Source of the DNA: a virus
Reading direction: 5' to 3' (one strand)
IMG/VR virus record: IMGVR_UViG_3300032080_000001
Location: 1 to 64,000 of that record
Length of the DNA: 64,000 nucleotides
Shown here: positions 38,519-47,282 of the stretch, one piece after another
Layout: every line of letters begins with the position of its first letter
Position numbering within the stretch: position 1 is the first letter of the stretch
Notes under the pieces: generated by a model
Database searches by the model: none
Seen by the model: the letters and a program-made list of their open reading frames with translations, nothing else
What the model was told of the DNA's origin: nothing
Program-made: the position numbers and the translations under genes

Positions 38519-38635
38519 GGCTTGCGCTACCGGTAGTATACCGGTAGATTTGAGGCGCTTTCTGTAGTGCGACCCCGGCCGGTGCGGGGGTCAGACGGCT
38601 CCGTGCTTTCTACCCCCGACTCGGCTAACTTTTCA

Positions 38636-39178
38636 ATGCTGTCGTTTCCTTTCTTCAAGCTCGGCTACTTCACGGACAACGTTCCGGCGAAGGCCAGTCT
38701 GGCAACCGGCGCTGTCTTCATCGAGCGCCTGTGTGCCTATTCTCCTGATGCGTGCGCCTTCCTCGGTGGCATCCACCAGTCCGTCAAGGCGCTCCTGCTG
38801 CTGATGGCCCTCGACCTGCTGACGGGGGTCATGGCCGCCCGTGCGGAGGGGCAGCGCATCCAGAGCCGCCGATTCGGCCTGGGCGCCCAGCGTAAGTTCG
38901 GGATGCTGCTGGTGATTTACGCGGCCCACCTGCTTGACGGCGTGTTCGGCACGGGGAGTGCCATTTTCGTCGGGGCGACGTGGTGGTACATCGCGACCGA
39001 GACCATCTCGTTCTACGAGAACGCGGACCGCATGGGCGTGCCGATGCCGCCGGGGTTGAAGCGGCTGATGGAGACCGTGCTCCAGAAGGCGAATGACACG
39101 CTCGGGGCGCTGACGCCTACCTCGGCCAAGCCTGCGTCTGAGGTGGTGAGACCGGCGGAGAACGCGCCGGACGCGTAA
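38636..39178 (+). CDS. holin (phage holin 4_1-like)
   Basis: LDLLTG.....IQS...RK...E.ISFYEN...G.P.P with transmembrane segments. Confidence 0.82.
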   Translation: MLSFPFFKLGYFTDNVPAKASLATGAVFIERLCAYSPDACAFLGGIHQSVKALLLLMALDLLTGVMAARAEGQRIQSRRFGLGAQRKFGMLLVIYAAHLLDGVFGTGSAIFVGATWWYIATETISFYENADRMGVPMPPGLKRLMETVLQKANDTLGALTPTSAKPASEVVRPAENAPDA

Positions 39179-39200
39179 GAGCCGCGTGACTTTAGTATGC

Positions 39201-39231
39201 AAGACCCCGCCTTCACCGGCGGGGTTTTCTT
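39201..39231 (+). terminator. intrinsic terminator ending the late/lysis region
   Basis: AAGACCCCGCC-TTCACC-GGCGGGGTTTT-CTT. Confidence 0.8.
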
Positions 39232-39264
39232 GTTAGTAAGAACGGCCGCACCGGTAAACTACCC

Positions 39265-39293
39265 TTGACAAAGCGGTGTGACCCTATTAGCTT
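39265..39293 (+). promoter_or_regulatory. sigma70-type promoter with TGACCCTAT spacer motif
   Basis: TTGACA-17-TAGCTT. Confidence 0.7.
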
Positions 39294-39340
39294 ACTCTCA
39301 CGTTGAAGGTACGGGCACTTACGACTGGTGGAGGACGCAC

Positions 39341-39532
39341 ATGAACGCACGGCACTTGGGCATCGCCCTTACTTTCGGTCACATTGCCGCCGACGTAGCG
39401 ATGGGTGGCGGGCACCTGGTGGTGGACGCGGCCCTCTGGCTGGCGCTTGCCCTCGGGTTCGGGAAGGTCGTGAGCACGTGGTGGGCGCGGCGCCACACCG
39501 CCGGGGCGTGCTGTGTTCACGGGCAGCACTGA
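39341..39532 (+). CDS. small membrane protein
   Basis: GGAGGA Shine-Dalgarno; hydrophobic segment; His/Cys-rich C-terminus. Confidence 0.55.
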   Translation: MNARHLGIALTFGHIAADVAMGGGHLVVDAALWLALALGFGKVVSTWWARRHTAGACCVHGQH

Positions 39533-39712
39533 GCGCTTCCGTACCGATACGGCTTGCTTTTCTGGTAGGGTACTGTTAGCCTGTATGTAACGTACTCCGA
39601 ACATCCGGGCAATCTGCCGCTGTACCACGGTCTAAGATGTGCACTGTCAAGCTGATGGCACCGTAGCTGTACAACACAGCTACACGACGCGCAACGAACG
39701 ACGGAGGACACG

Positions 39713-39955
39713 ATGGCTCGCACAAACCTTGACGCAACTTCGGTTTACCACAACGCCGCGCAGGGCGAGGCGCTCAAGAAGGCGGCGGCGCTGGAGAACC
39801 GGAGCGTATCGAACTTCCTGCTGAACCTCGGCATCCAGAAGGCCGCCGAGATGGGCATTCCGGTCTTCAACGTGAGCGCGGTGGAGGAGCCGGAGACCCG
39901 GCCGCGCAAGCTGGCGGTCGGTGGCGGGGGCAAGAATCGGCGGTCTCGGCGTTAA
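39713..39955 (+). CDS. ribbon-helix-helix-like DNA-binding protein
   Basis: ALKKAAALENRSVSNFLL pattern (DUF1778/Arc-like); strong Shine-Dalgarno. Confidence 0.65.
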   Translation: MARTNLDATSVYHNAAQGEALKKAAALENRSVSNFLLNLGIQKAAEMGIPVFNVSAVEEPETRPRKLAVGGGGKNRRSRR

Positions 39956-40007
39956 TCCGCTGCGGCGACCGCCGCGCACCTGATGGACTCTGACGGGAGA
40001 GGCACCT

Positions 40008-41249
40008 GTGGCGCAAGCTGCACTTTCGGTCGGGGTGTCCAACCGAGACACCCCGGCTGACGCCACGTACCAGGCGTTCTTTGGTACGCGGTCCGGGCCG
40101 TTCGTCCCGATGTTGTCAGGGCTGCTCCGCGCACTTGGAGCAGCTTCTCTTTCGGACGGCGCTACCGGTACACTACTGTTATTGTACAGTGAGTACGTCC
40201 CGATGTCGCTCCGGAACGGGCACCTCGGGGACGATGGCTGGGTGATGGTGTGGCCGTCAAAGGAGCGGCTGGCCGAGGAGACGGGGAGGCGGCGCTCGAC
40301 GGTGAAGGAGCACCTTGCGGCGCTCGAAGCCCTCGGGGCTATCCGCCGCTCCAGAGAGCGGGTGAACGGACGCACGGGGGTGCTGTGGGTGCGCCCCACC
40401 CCCGCCCTCCTCGCGCACCTGGAGGCGAGGCCGGAGGTGCAGGCCACCCTGCGTCAGCGATTCAAGAGGCGCTACGACCCGCAGGTGACGCCCATCGAGT
40501 CGAGGTTCTTCCTGGCCGAAAATTCGGCCAGCACCTGGCCGGAAAACCGGCCACAACGGAAGAGTACTACGACCGAAGAAGAAGTAAACAGCAACACGCC
40601 GCAGGGGCGCCGCGCAGAGGACCGGACGCCGCTGGCGGAAATGGCCTGGCCGGAGGGCTGGGACGAGGGGCGGTTCGCCCGCTGGTTCGAGTACACGCAT
40701 GACGAAACGGTAGCCGACGTGAAGAGCATCTACGCGAGAATGGCCGAACTGCGGCAGACGCAGGACGCGGCCGAGGACGAGAGCGCCGAGGCCCGCGAAA
40801 AGCGGTTGGCGAAGCCGAAGTCGCAGCGGATGAACGGGGGCAGGAAGCAGGCGCCCAAGGTCGCGCGCACCGACACAGCGTCCGCTCTGATGCGGGACTT
40901 TAAGGCGCTGGTCACGACGAACTTCCCCAACGCGTACAACCCGCCGAACGACGTGAAGGCGCTTTCGCAGATGCGCATGCTCCTCGACCGGTACGGCGAG
41001 GCCGAGGTCCGGCGGCTCATGGAGTTCGTCGCTGACCCGACAACGTGGGGGCGTATCAAGACCAAGTGGCCGAAAATCGAGCTGTTTCAGCCCACTCCTG
41101 GTTGGCTGCTGGCCTGGAGCGAGTCGCTACTCCAGTGGATGAAGAGCGGCGCCCCCGATGCGGGGCAGGCTACCGGTCCGAAGCGCAGCGGCGGAGCCGA
41201 GGTTTACGACCGCGCTACGACCGACGCGAAGGGTCGCTCGACGTTCTGA
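40008..41249 (+). CDS. HTH replication initiator protein
   Basis: WPSKERLAEETGRRRSTVKEHLAALEALGAI winged HTH; internal iterons; upstream of DnaC/DnaB. Confidence 0.72.
   Translation: MAQAALSVGVSNRDTPADATYQAFFGTRSGPFVPMLSGLLRALGAASLSDGATGTLLLLYSEYVPMSLRNGHLGDDGWVMVWPSKERLAEETGRRRSTVKEHLAALEALGAIRRSRERVNGRTGVLWVRPTPALLAHLEARPEVQATLRQRFKRRYDPQVTPIESRFFLAENSASTWPENRPQRKSTTTEEEVNSNTPQGRRAEDRTPLAEMAWPEGWDEGRFARWFEYTHDETVADVKSIYARMAELRQTQDAAEDESAEAREKRLAKPKSQRMNGGRKQAPKVARTDTASALMRDFKALVTTNFPNAYNPPNDVKALSQMRMLLDRYGEAEVRRLMEFVADPTTWGRIKTKWPKIELFQPTPGWLLAWSESLLQWMKSGAPDAGQATGPKRSGGAEVYDRATTDAKGRSTF
40513..40553. repeat. two palindromic iterons within the initiator gene
   Basis: TGGCCGAAAATTCGGCCA (40513) and TGGCCGGAAAACCGGCCA (40536). 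Confidence 0.75.
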
Positions 41250-41293
41250 CCAGCTACCGGTGCTCTACACGCAGAGCACCGGCGCTTGACCCC

Positions 41294-41322
41294 TTGACAA
41301 AAGTAGCTGACCCTATTAAACT
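41294..41322 (+). promoter_or_regulatory. sigma70-type promoter, probably leaderless
   Basis: TTGACA-17-TAAACT; ATG at +7 after the -10 with no Shine-Dalgarno. Confidence 0.7.
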
Positions 41323-41328
41323 GTTCGT

Positions 41329-42888
41329 ATGACGCAGACGTTTCGAGAGGGGGACCAAGTGGCGGTCCAAGGTGCGCTGCCCCGCGAAGAGGCTAAAGTC
41401 GTTCGTGTGTTTGGTGACTTCGCAGATTTGCCGCCTACCCGTGCAATTGTGCAGTACGCGTCGGGGCGGCGCGGCGTGCGGTCCCTTAGTGAACTCAAGC
41501 CGCTACACCCAGTGACACCTGCCGAGGAGAACACACCCCGCGTGACTACCGTAGATAGCGAGAACGGACCTTTTAAGCTCGCCTTCCCGCAGATGAAGCC
41601 GGGCATGCGCGTGCAAGAGGTGAACCTGCACGGCCAGACGATGCACGGCCGCATTCTTGGGAAGATAAATGCGTCCAAGGAGTTGCTGGTCCTTTTCGAC
41701 GGCAACACGCAGCCTTTAACGGTGCCTGCGGGGGCGGTCTCCGTACTCCCGGCGGACCCGTTGGACCAGATTCACCCGATGCTGGCGAAGAACCTGGACG
41801 ACTACAAGAGCCTCTCTCTCGACCAGTTGCTCCAGGATGACTCGTGGGGCGCCGAGGAGAAGTACGACGGCGAACGGACCATCCTCGCGGTGAACCTGAC
41901 CGGCCAGTCCTTCCGCGCAACGACGCGCGTAGTCGGTAAGAATACTGGCACGCTCGGAGAGAACACGGCTCGTTTGCCGCATCTCAAAGGGCTATTCCCG
42001 GTGCCCGAGGAGGGCACTACGGTCTTCGATGGCGAGCTGATGCACGAGAACGGCTTTCAAGCTCTCCGGAGCATCATGGGGAGCGACCCTGCGCTCGCTG
42101 TCGAGAAGCAGCGCGACCTGGGCTTCGTCGGCGTGCGTCTGTTCGACATCCTCTGGTTTGGCGGCAACGACCTGCGGGGGATGGAGTTCAAACAGCGGCG
42201 GGTGGTGCTGGAGACATGGTTCCGGGAGTCGTGGACGTGGCTCCAGGCGAACTACCCGATGACGCACGCCCTGTTCGCGGAGCACGTGTCCCTTTCGCCA
42301 CTCAAGTGGACGGCGGACGAGAAGCAGCATCTCCTTGAAACGGTGCTCGACGCGGGAGGTGAGGGCATAATGCTCAAGCACGCCCGTGGGCGGTACACCG
42401 ATACGACGGTCTCCGGCCAGCGGTCGGCGGACCTGCTCAAGGTGAAGCCGTTCGCGGAGACCGATGTCATCGTGGTGGGTTTCGAGGAAGGGAAGGGGCA
42501 GTTCAACACCGACAAGTACGGCGCCATTCACGTCGCGCAGTGGGTACCGCGCGACCGGGTGACGGCGGAGATGGCGAAGAACGAGTACGTGGCAGCGAAC
42601 GGTTTCGGCCTGCACAACAACGTCAGCGCACTCTACGACGACGCTTCCCGGTCCGGCCTGTTCCGGACGCACATGCTGGTTTACATGGGCACCACCGGCG
42701 GCTTCACGCAGGAGCAGGAGCAGGCGTTCCGCGCGGCGCCGGGGGATTTCATCGGCAAGGCGATGGAGGTCTCCTACCAGGAGAACGGCCGCTGGCCGAA
42801 GACGGGGCGACTCCGCCACTCCCACTTCGTGCGGATGCGCGATGACAAGAGCACCGATGACTGCACGTATGAGCCGAACACTGCGTGA
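41329..42888 (+). CDS. ATP-dependent DNA ligase with N-terminal extension
   Basis: EEKYDGER, FDGEL, FDIL, EGIMLK and LKVK motifs; C-terminal OB-fold LRH..F.RMRDDK. Confidence 0.92.
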   Translation: MTQTFREGDQVAVQGALPREEAKVVRVFGDFADLPPTRAIVQYASGRRGVRSLSELKPLHPVTPAEENTPRVTTVDSENGPFKLAFPQMKPGMRVQEVNLHGQTMHGRILGKINASKELLVLFDGNTQPLTVPAGAVSVLPADPLDQIHPMLAKNLDDYKSLSLDQLLQDDSWGAEEKYDGERTILAVNLTGQSFRATTRVVGKNTGTLGENTARLPHLKGLFPVPEEGTTVFDGELMHENGFQALRSIMGSDPALAVEKQRDLGFVGVRLFDILWFGGNDLRGMEFKQRRVVLETWFRESWTWLQANYPMTHALFAEHVSLSPLKWTADEKQHLLETVLDAGGEGIMLKHARGRYTDTTVSGQRSADLLKVKPFAETDVIVVGFEEGKGQFNTDKYGAIHVAQWVPRDRVTAEMAKNEYVAANGFGLHNNVSALYDDASRSGLFRTHMLVYMGTTGGFTQEQEQAFRAAPGDFIGKAMEVSYQENGRWPKTGRLRHSHFVRMRDDKSTDDCTYEPNTA

Positions 42889-43528
42889 CCTGACCCCGGC
42901 CGACCTCCAGCGGGCGAACATCCCCGAGAGGTACTGGAGCGCGACGTTCAAGGACGTACCGAAGGGGGCCGAGCACTGGGGCCCGGTGAAGACCTACCTG
43001 ACGGACCTGGAGTCCTTCCTCGACAACGGGGAGGGACTCTACCTCTGGTCCGTCGAGAACGGAACCGGCAAGACGGCGCTCGCGACGCTCATCCTGCGCC
43101 GCGCGCTGCGGCTGGGGTACACCGGCTACTACACGCGGTCCGAGGCGGCGAAGCGGGCGATGCAGGTGCCTGAGCGCGTGCTATTCGATGAGGCGACCAC
43201 GGTGGAGCAGCGTCTCCGCGCGGTGGACGTGCTGGTGTTGGACGACTTCGGCAAGGAGTACCGCTCGCAGAACGGCAGTATGTTCACCGAGAGCGCCATC
43301 GAGGACCTGGTGCGCGAACGCGTCCAGCGGCGCAAGGTGACGCTCTACACGGCGAACATTCCGCCGCGCAAGCTCGCGGATAACGGGCTGTTCACGGTGG
43401 ACCTCGCGGACGTACTTCGCGAGAGCGTGGGACACATCGAAGTGGTCGGCCCCGACCGGGGCGGGAAGTTGTGGCGCCGGGACGCCGCCACGGACCTCAT
43501 GGACCGCCTGTACGACGGGGATTCGTAA
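42869..43528 (+). CDS. DnaC/IstB-like helicase loader ATPase
   Basis: IPERY..ATF, GTGKT, LVLDDFGKE and TAN motifs. Confidence 0.85.
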   Translation: MSRTLRDLTPADLQRANIPERYWSATFKDVPKGAEHWGPVKTYLTDLESFLDNGEGLYLWSVENGTGKTALATLILRRALRLGYTGYYTRSEAAKRAMQVPERVLFDEATTVEQRLRAVDVLVLDDFGKEYRSQNGSMFTESAIEDLVRERVQRRKVTLYTANIPPRKLADNGLFTVDLADVLRESVGHIEVVGPDRGGKLWRRDAATDLMDRLYDGDS

Positions 43529-43532
43529 GAAC

Positions 43533-44813
43533 ATGGATTACGGCAAGTTGGCCATTGCGAGGGCGCTGACCGACCAGAGTGTCGGAGCGTTCCTCGACCG
43601 GGACGTGCGCCCGGATATGATGCCGACCCCGGAGGACGGGGCGGTGCTCAAGTTCATTCTCGACTTCTTCCGGCAGCACCAGGCGGTGCCCGCGCCCCGG
43701 ACGGTCGAGACGCAGTTCCCCGGCTACGCTCTCGGGTACGCGCCGGACCCCGCGACGGCGTACGTGGACGCCATCGTGAAGCAGCACGTCCGCGTGCGGG
43801 CGCAGGAGGAGATTCTTCACGACGTGAAGCTCTTCCAGCACGGAGACCCACTCCAGGTCGCAGCGGGACTCCAGACGAAGCTCGCGCGGCTCTCCTCTCT
43901 CACGGAGGGGAACCGGGTTAAGCTGTACAACGAGCACGCGAGCGGGCGCTTCGCGCGGTACTTGAACCGCAAGAATCGCGTGGGCCTGCTCGGTATTCCG
44001 ACCCCGTGGTCGTCGCTGGACGACCTGACGCAGGGGTGGCTTCCCGAGATGTACGTCGGCGTGGCGGCGCGGCCCAAGACAGGTAAGACGTTCTGGATGC
44101 TCCGTGTGGCGTTGGCCGCGTGGCAGGCGGGGTACAAGGTCCTGTTCGTCAACAAGGAGTTGCCGGACGAGATGATGGAGAACCGCTCCGACGCCATCGG
44201 GGCGAAGCTCCCGTATGAGAAGCTCCGCACCGGCGCCCTCACGATGTTCGAGGAGCAGCGGCTGGAGCAGTACCTCAAGGACCTTGAGGCGAACCCGCCG
44301 TCCGACTGGTGGTGGCTGCACGACGTGTCGAACGTCTCGGCCATCCGGGCGAAGGTGGAGGAGTACAAGCCGGACATCGTGTTCATCGACGGCGCGTACC
44401 TGCTCGAAGACGAGATGGGCGGCCGGACGGAACGTGAGCAGCAGAAGAACCTGTCGCGAAACATCAAGCGCCTCGCACAGAAGACGAAGCTGCCGGTCAT
44501 CATTTCCATCCAGTTGAACCGGGACGGAGACCAGAAGAAGAGCAAGACGCAGTTGACCATGTCGAACGTGTACGGCTCTGACGCCTTCGCGCAGGACGTG
44601 GACCTGCTCATCGGCCTGGAGCAGTCGGACGACCAGCGGATGAACCGACAGCTCCAGATTACTCCGCTTGCCGTCCGCGAGGCCGAGGGCAAGCCCATCA
44701 TCGTGGGCTGGGACTTCGACACGATGGAGTCGCCGGACTACGGCTATCCGTCGAGCGTGGCCGGGATGGCGAACGACAAGGATGACGACGACGTGTTGAC
44801 CTTCAAGGACTGA
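43533..44813 (+). CDS. dnaB: replicative DNA helicase (DnaB family)
   Basis: ARPKTGKT, IDG.YL, QLNR and SDAFAQDVD motifs. Confidence 0.9.
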   Translation: MDYGKLAIARALTDQSVGAFLDRDVRPDMMPTPEDGAVLKFILDFFRQHQAVPAPRTVETQFPGYALGYAPDPATAYVDAIVKQHVRVRAQEEILHDVKLFQHGDPLQVAAGLQTKLARLSSLTEGNRVKLYNEHASGRFARYLNRKNRVGLLGIPTPWSSLDDLTQGWLPEMYVGVAARPKTGKTFWMLRVALAAWQAGYKVLFVNKELPDEMMENRSDAIGAKLPYEKLRTGALTMFEEQRLEQYLKDLEANPPSDWWWLHDVSNVSAIRAKVEEYKPDIVFIDGAYLLEDEMGGRTEREQQKNLSRNIKRLAQKTKLPVIISIQLNRDGDQKKSKTQLTMSNVYGSDAFAQDVDLLIGLEQSDDQRMNRQLQITPLAVREAEGKPIIVGWDFDTMESPDYGYPSSVAGMANDKDDDDVLTFKD

Positions 44814-44831
44814 GGGTTAGATTCGTTTTAT

Positions 44832-44924
44832 CAAGGCGCCGTGCAGAAAGGCTCCTGCCGTTGAGAGGCGGCGGGGCGGTCCTCCCCAGGTCCGCGAAGT
44901 GGCCTTACCCTGTACGGCGCTTTG
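44832..44924 (+). ncRNA. candidate structured non-coding RNA (three-way junction)
   Basis: 15-bp terminal stem, second stem, GAGA-tetraloop hairpin and CCCC-loop hairpin; TTGACC-16-TAGATT immediately upstream. Confidence 0.5.
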
Positions 44925-44933
44925 CTGTACCCC

Positions 44934-44962
44934 TTGACAAATGTACATGACTCTATTAACTT
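44934..44962 (+). promoter_or_regulatory. sigma70-type promoter with TGACTCTAT spacer motif
   Basis: TTGACA-17-TAACTT. Confidence 0.7.
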
Positions 44963-45006
44963 ACTGGCACGTTGCTGGTACGGTGTGCTTACGAACGGAG
45001 ACAAGC

Positions 45007-45237
45007 ATGTTGGTAGACGCTAAGGGATATCTCACCCGCGAAGGGTGGGAGGCTTTCGGGTTCGAGGCGCACGGGAAAGTGCCGGGCTTCTACTACCACC
45101 GCGAACTCGGCCTGGAGTTCGACATGAACGCCGCGCGGAGCCCCGCAGGCTTTGTGAAGTGGGTGTTCGTAATGGGCAAGGCCGAAGGGAGCCGGGAGAA
45201 GCTCCGTCAGATACAGCGCATGCTGGGGGTTCTATGA
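45007..45237 (+). CDS. hypothetical protein
   Basis: ATG after GGAGA; ATGA overlap with the primase gene. Confidence 0.55.
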   Translation: MLVDAKGYLTREGWEAFGFEAHGKVPGFYYHRELGLEFDMNAARSPAGFVKWVFVMGKAEGSREKLRQIQRMLGVL

Positions 45238-46331
45238 ACGCGGACAGCATCGTCTATGTACTGGAGGAGCTGGGCTCCCCGCGCGTGAAGAACCTCGGCA
45301 AGAACGTGCAGGCGTCCTGTCCGCTGGCTCCGTGGAACCACGGGTCGGGGAGTGACGCCTCCATGAAGCTCGGCGTGCTCGTCACGCAGGGGATGAGCCC
45401 GGCGAACTGCTTCTACCCCGGCTGCTTCCACGGCACGCTGCTGGAGTTGGTGGACGCCGTCGCGACGAAGAAAATCACAGACGGAGACTGGGAACTCGGC
45501 GGCGACGAGGTCTCTAACCTCAAGGCATTCGTAATGCTCGCGGAGGAGACCGACGAGGTGGACCTCTCCGGCGGTCGCGGCGCGGCCGTCGTGGAGCCCA
45601 TCCCACAGGACGTACTCGCCCTGGTCGGCGGCGGCTCCCCCTACTGGACGGAGCGGGGCGTCGGCCTGGTGACGGCGGACTTGTGGAAGCTCGGGGAGGG
45701 GAAGGGCCGTGCGTTCATCCCGCTCATCGACCGTCAGGGACAGGTCGTCGCCGTGAAGGGCCGCCTGCTGCCGGGCGAGGAGTACGACGAAATGCCCGGC
45801 ACGGGGAAGGCGCGCTCGGCCAAGTACCGGCTCTTCCCGGCGAGCTTCCCCTCCGGCGACTACCTTGTCGGGGAGCACCTGCTCACGAAGCCGGTGGACT
45901 TCCTGGTGGTTGTGGAGTCGGAGGCGGACGCCATCCTGCTGAACGAGTGGTTCCTCGACCCTGCGTTCCGTGACGCGTTCCCGTTCGGGCAGGCCACGGA
46001 CGGTGCGCTCGCGGTGTCCACGGCGGGCGGCGAGTTCACTGCGCGGCAGGTGCAGAAGATGGTCGAGGCCCTGACGGCGCAGGGTGAGGTCGCGGTCGGC
46101 ATGGACGCCGACCACGCTGGGCGACTCGCCACGCGGAAACTGGTGGACGCGCTGCGGAAGCGTGTACCCCGTGTGTCGGAAATCGAGTGGGAGCGGAAGG
46201 ACCCGTCCGATGACGACGACGGGAACGGCGGGAAGCTCTCCCGCGATGTGGTCAAGGCTGACGCGCGGCGGTCCATCGAGACGCGCATGGACTGGTTCCA
46301 GAAACGCATCACCGCCGCGCTCCGTACTTGA
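45234..46331 (+). CDS. DNA primase (zinc finger + TOPRIM)
   Basis: CPL..WNH...CF.PGC zinc finger; VVESEADA and MDADHAG TOPRIM motifs. Confidence 0.82.
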   Translation: MNADSIVYVLEELGSPRVKNLGKNVQASCPLAPWNHGSGSDASMKLGVLVTQGMSPANCFYPGCFHGTLLELVDAVATKKITDGDWELGGDEVSNLKAFVMLAEETDEVDLSGGRGAAVVEPIPQDVLALVGGGSPYWTERGVGLVTADLWKLGEGKGRAFIPLIDRQGQVVAVKGRLLPGEEYDEMPGTGKARSAKYRLFPASFPSGDYLVGEHLLTKPVDFLVVVESEADAILLNEWFLDPAFRDAFPFGQATDGALAVSTAGGEFTARQVQKMVEALTAQGEVAVGMDADHAGRLATRKLVDALRKRVPRVSEIEWERKDPSDDDDGNGGKLSRDVVKADARRSIETRMDWFQKRITAALRT

Positions 46332-46356
46332 CAAACCGGTAGCATACCGGTACATT
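46328..46356 (+). promoter_or_regulatory. promoter whose spacer is filled by two ACCGGTA boxes
   Basis: TTGACA-AACCGGTAGCATACCGG-TACATT. Confidence 0.7.
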
Positions 46357-46436
46357 CCCGGTGTCTGAGCAAAGGCCAGACATCGAGCAACCCAACAGAG
46401 TGACCGCTACGGCACTCACACAGGAGACAACACCGT

Positions 46437-47150
46437 ATGAGCTTCGTCATCCAGAGCGGCTTCGACCAGGTGGACCGCATCGGTCTCGAAATCGAGGCGC
46501 GCAAGGCGCAGCAGAGCAATGGCGGCCAGTACCGCTTCTTCATGAGGTCGGGCGAGGAGAAGAAGGTCATCTTCCTCACCTCGAACCCGCCGGTCATCAA
46601 GGAGCACAACATCAAGCTGAACGGCAAGTGGGGGAACACCTTCACCTGCCTCGCGCAGATGGGTCAGGCGTGCCCTCTGTGCGATTCCGGCGACCGGCCG
46701 AGTGATGTGGGCTTCTTCTCCATCATCGACCGCACGGAGTTCACGGACAAGAACGGCGTGAAGCGCGCCGACAGCGTGAAGGTCTTCCCCGCGAAGTACA
46801 AGGTGCTCGCGCAGTTGAAGAAGTTCGCGCTCAAGTACGAGAAGACCGGCGGGCTGGTCGGCCGCGAGTTCGAGGTGTCGCGCTCCAGCGACAAGGCGCC
46901 CTCGACGGGCGACACGTTCATCCCCGAAGGGGTGTTCGACACCGACGAGATGGTGGCGCTCATCAACAAGCAGCGCGCGAAGGTGAAGACGCAGGACGGC
47001 ACGCCGCTCAAGCCCATCGCCTCGCTGGCGGACGTGGTGCCCGACTGGCGCGAGTACCTGGCGCCGAAGGAGGCGTCGGCCATCCGCGCGCTGCTCGGCC
47101 AGAAGGCCGACGAGTCGGACGAGGACGACAACGTGAACTTCGACGACTGA
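46437..47150 (+). CDS. single-stranded DNA-binding protein (gp32-like)
   Basis: H...C......CPLC zinc site; acidic tail DESDEDDNVNFDD. Confidence 0.75.
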   Translation: MSFVIQSGFDQVDRIGLEIEARKAQQSNGGQYRFFMRSGEEKKVIFLTSNPPVIKEHNIKLNGKWGNTFTCLAQMGQACPLCDSGDRPSDVGFFSIIDRTEFTDKNGVKRADSVKVFPAKYKVLAQLKKFALKYEKTGGLVGREFEVSRSSDKAPSTGDTFIPEGVFDTDEMVALINKQRAKVKTQDGTPLKPIASLADVVPDWREYLAPKEASAIRALLGQKADESDEDDNVNFDD

Positions 47151-47183
47151 GCCCCGAAGGCTCGGACAGGTGACGTAAGAACG

Positions 47184-47215
47184 GACGGGCGCGTGCGGCA
47201 CGCGCCCGCCTTCTT
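47184..47215 (+). terminator. hairpin after the ssDNA-binding protein gene
   Basis: GGGCGCGTGC-G-GCACGCGCCC followed by CTTCTT. Confidence 0.55.
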
Positions 47216-47282
47216 AGGCCCCTTGACAAGTGCTGGTGTAACGTACCCACTACGGGTACTACACCCTTACGAACGGTAAACG

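Noticed and set aside
39533-39712. Antisense promoter or small RNA upstream of the RHH gene
   Set aside because: The reverse-strand TTGACA has no properly spaced -10, and only one short hairpin (GTAGCTGT/ACAGCTAC) is present
39713-39955. TacA/DUF1778 antitoxin of a toxin-antitoxin pair
   Set aside because: No adjacent GNAT toxin; position before the initiator suggests a transcription regulator
44832-44924. SRP RNA, tRNA, hammerhead or SAM riboswitch identity for the structured element
   Set aside because: CAGGTCCG is not followed by GAAGGAAGCAG; no TTCGA T-loop, no CTGATGA core, and only TTATCAAG resembles SAM-I
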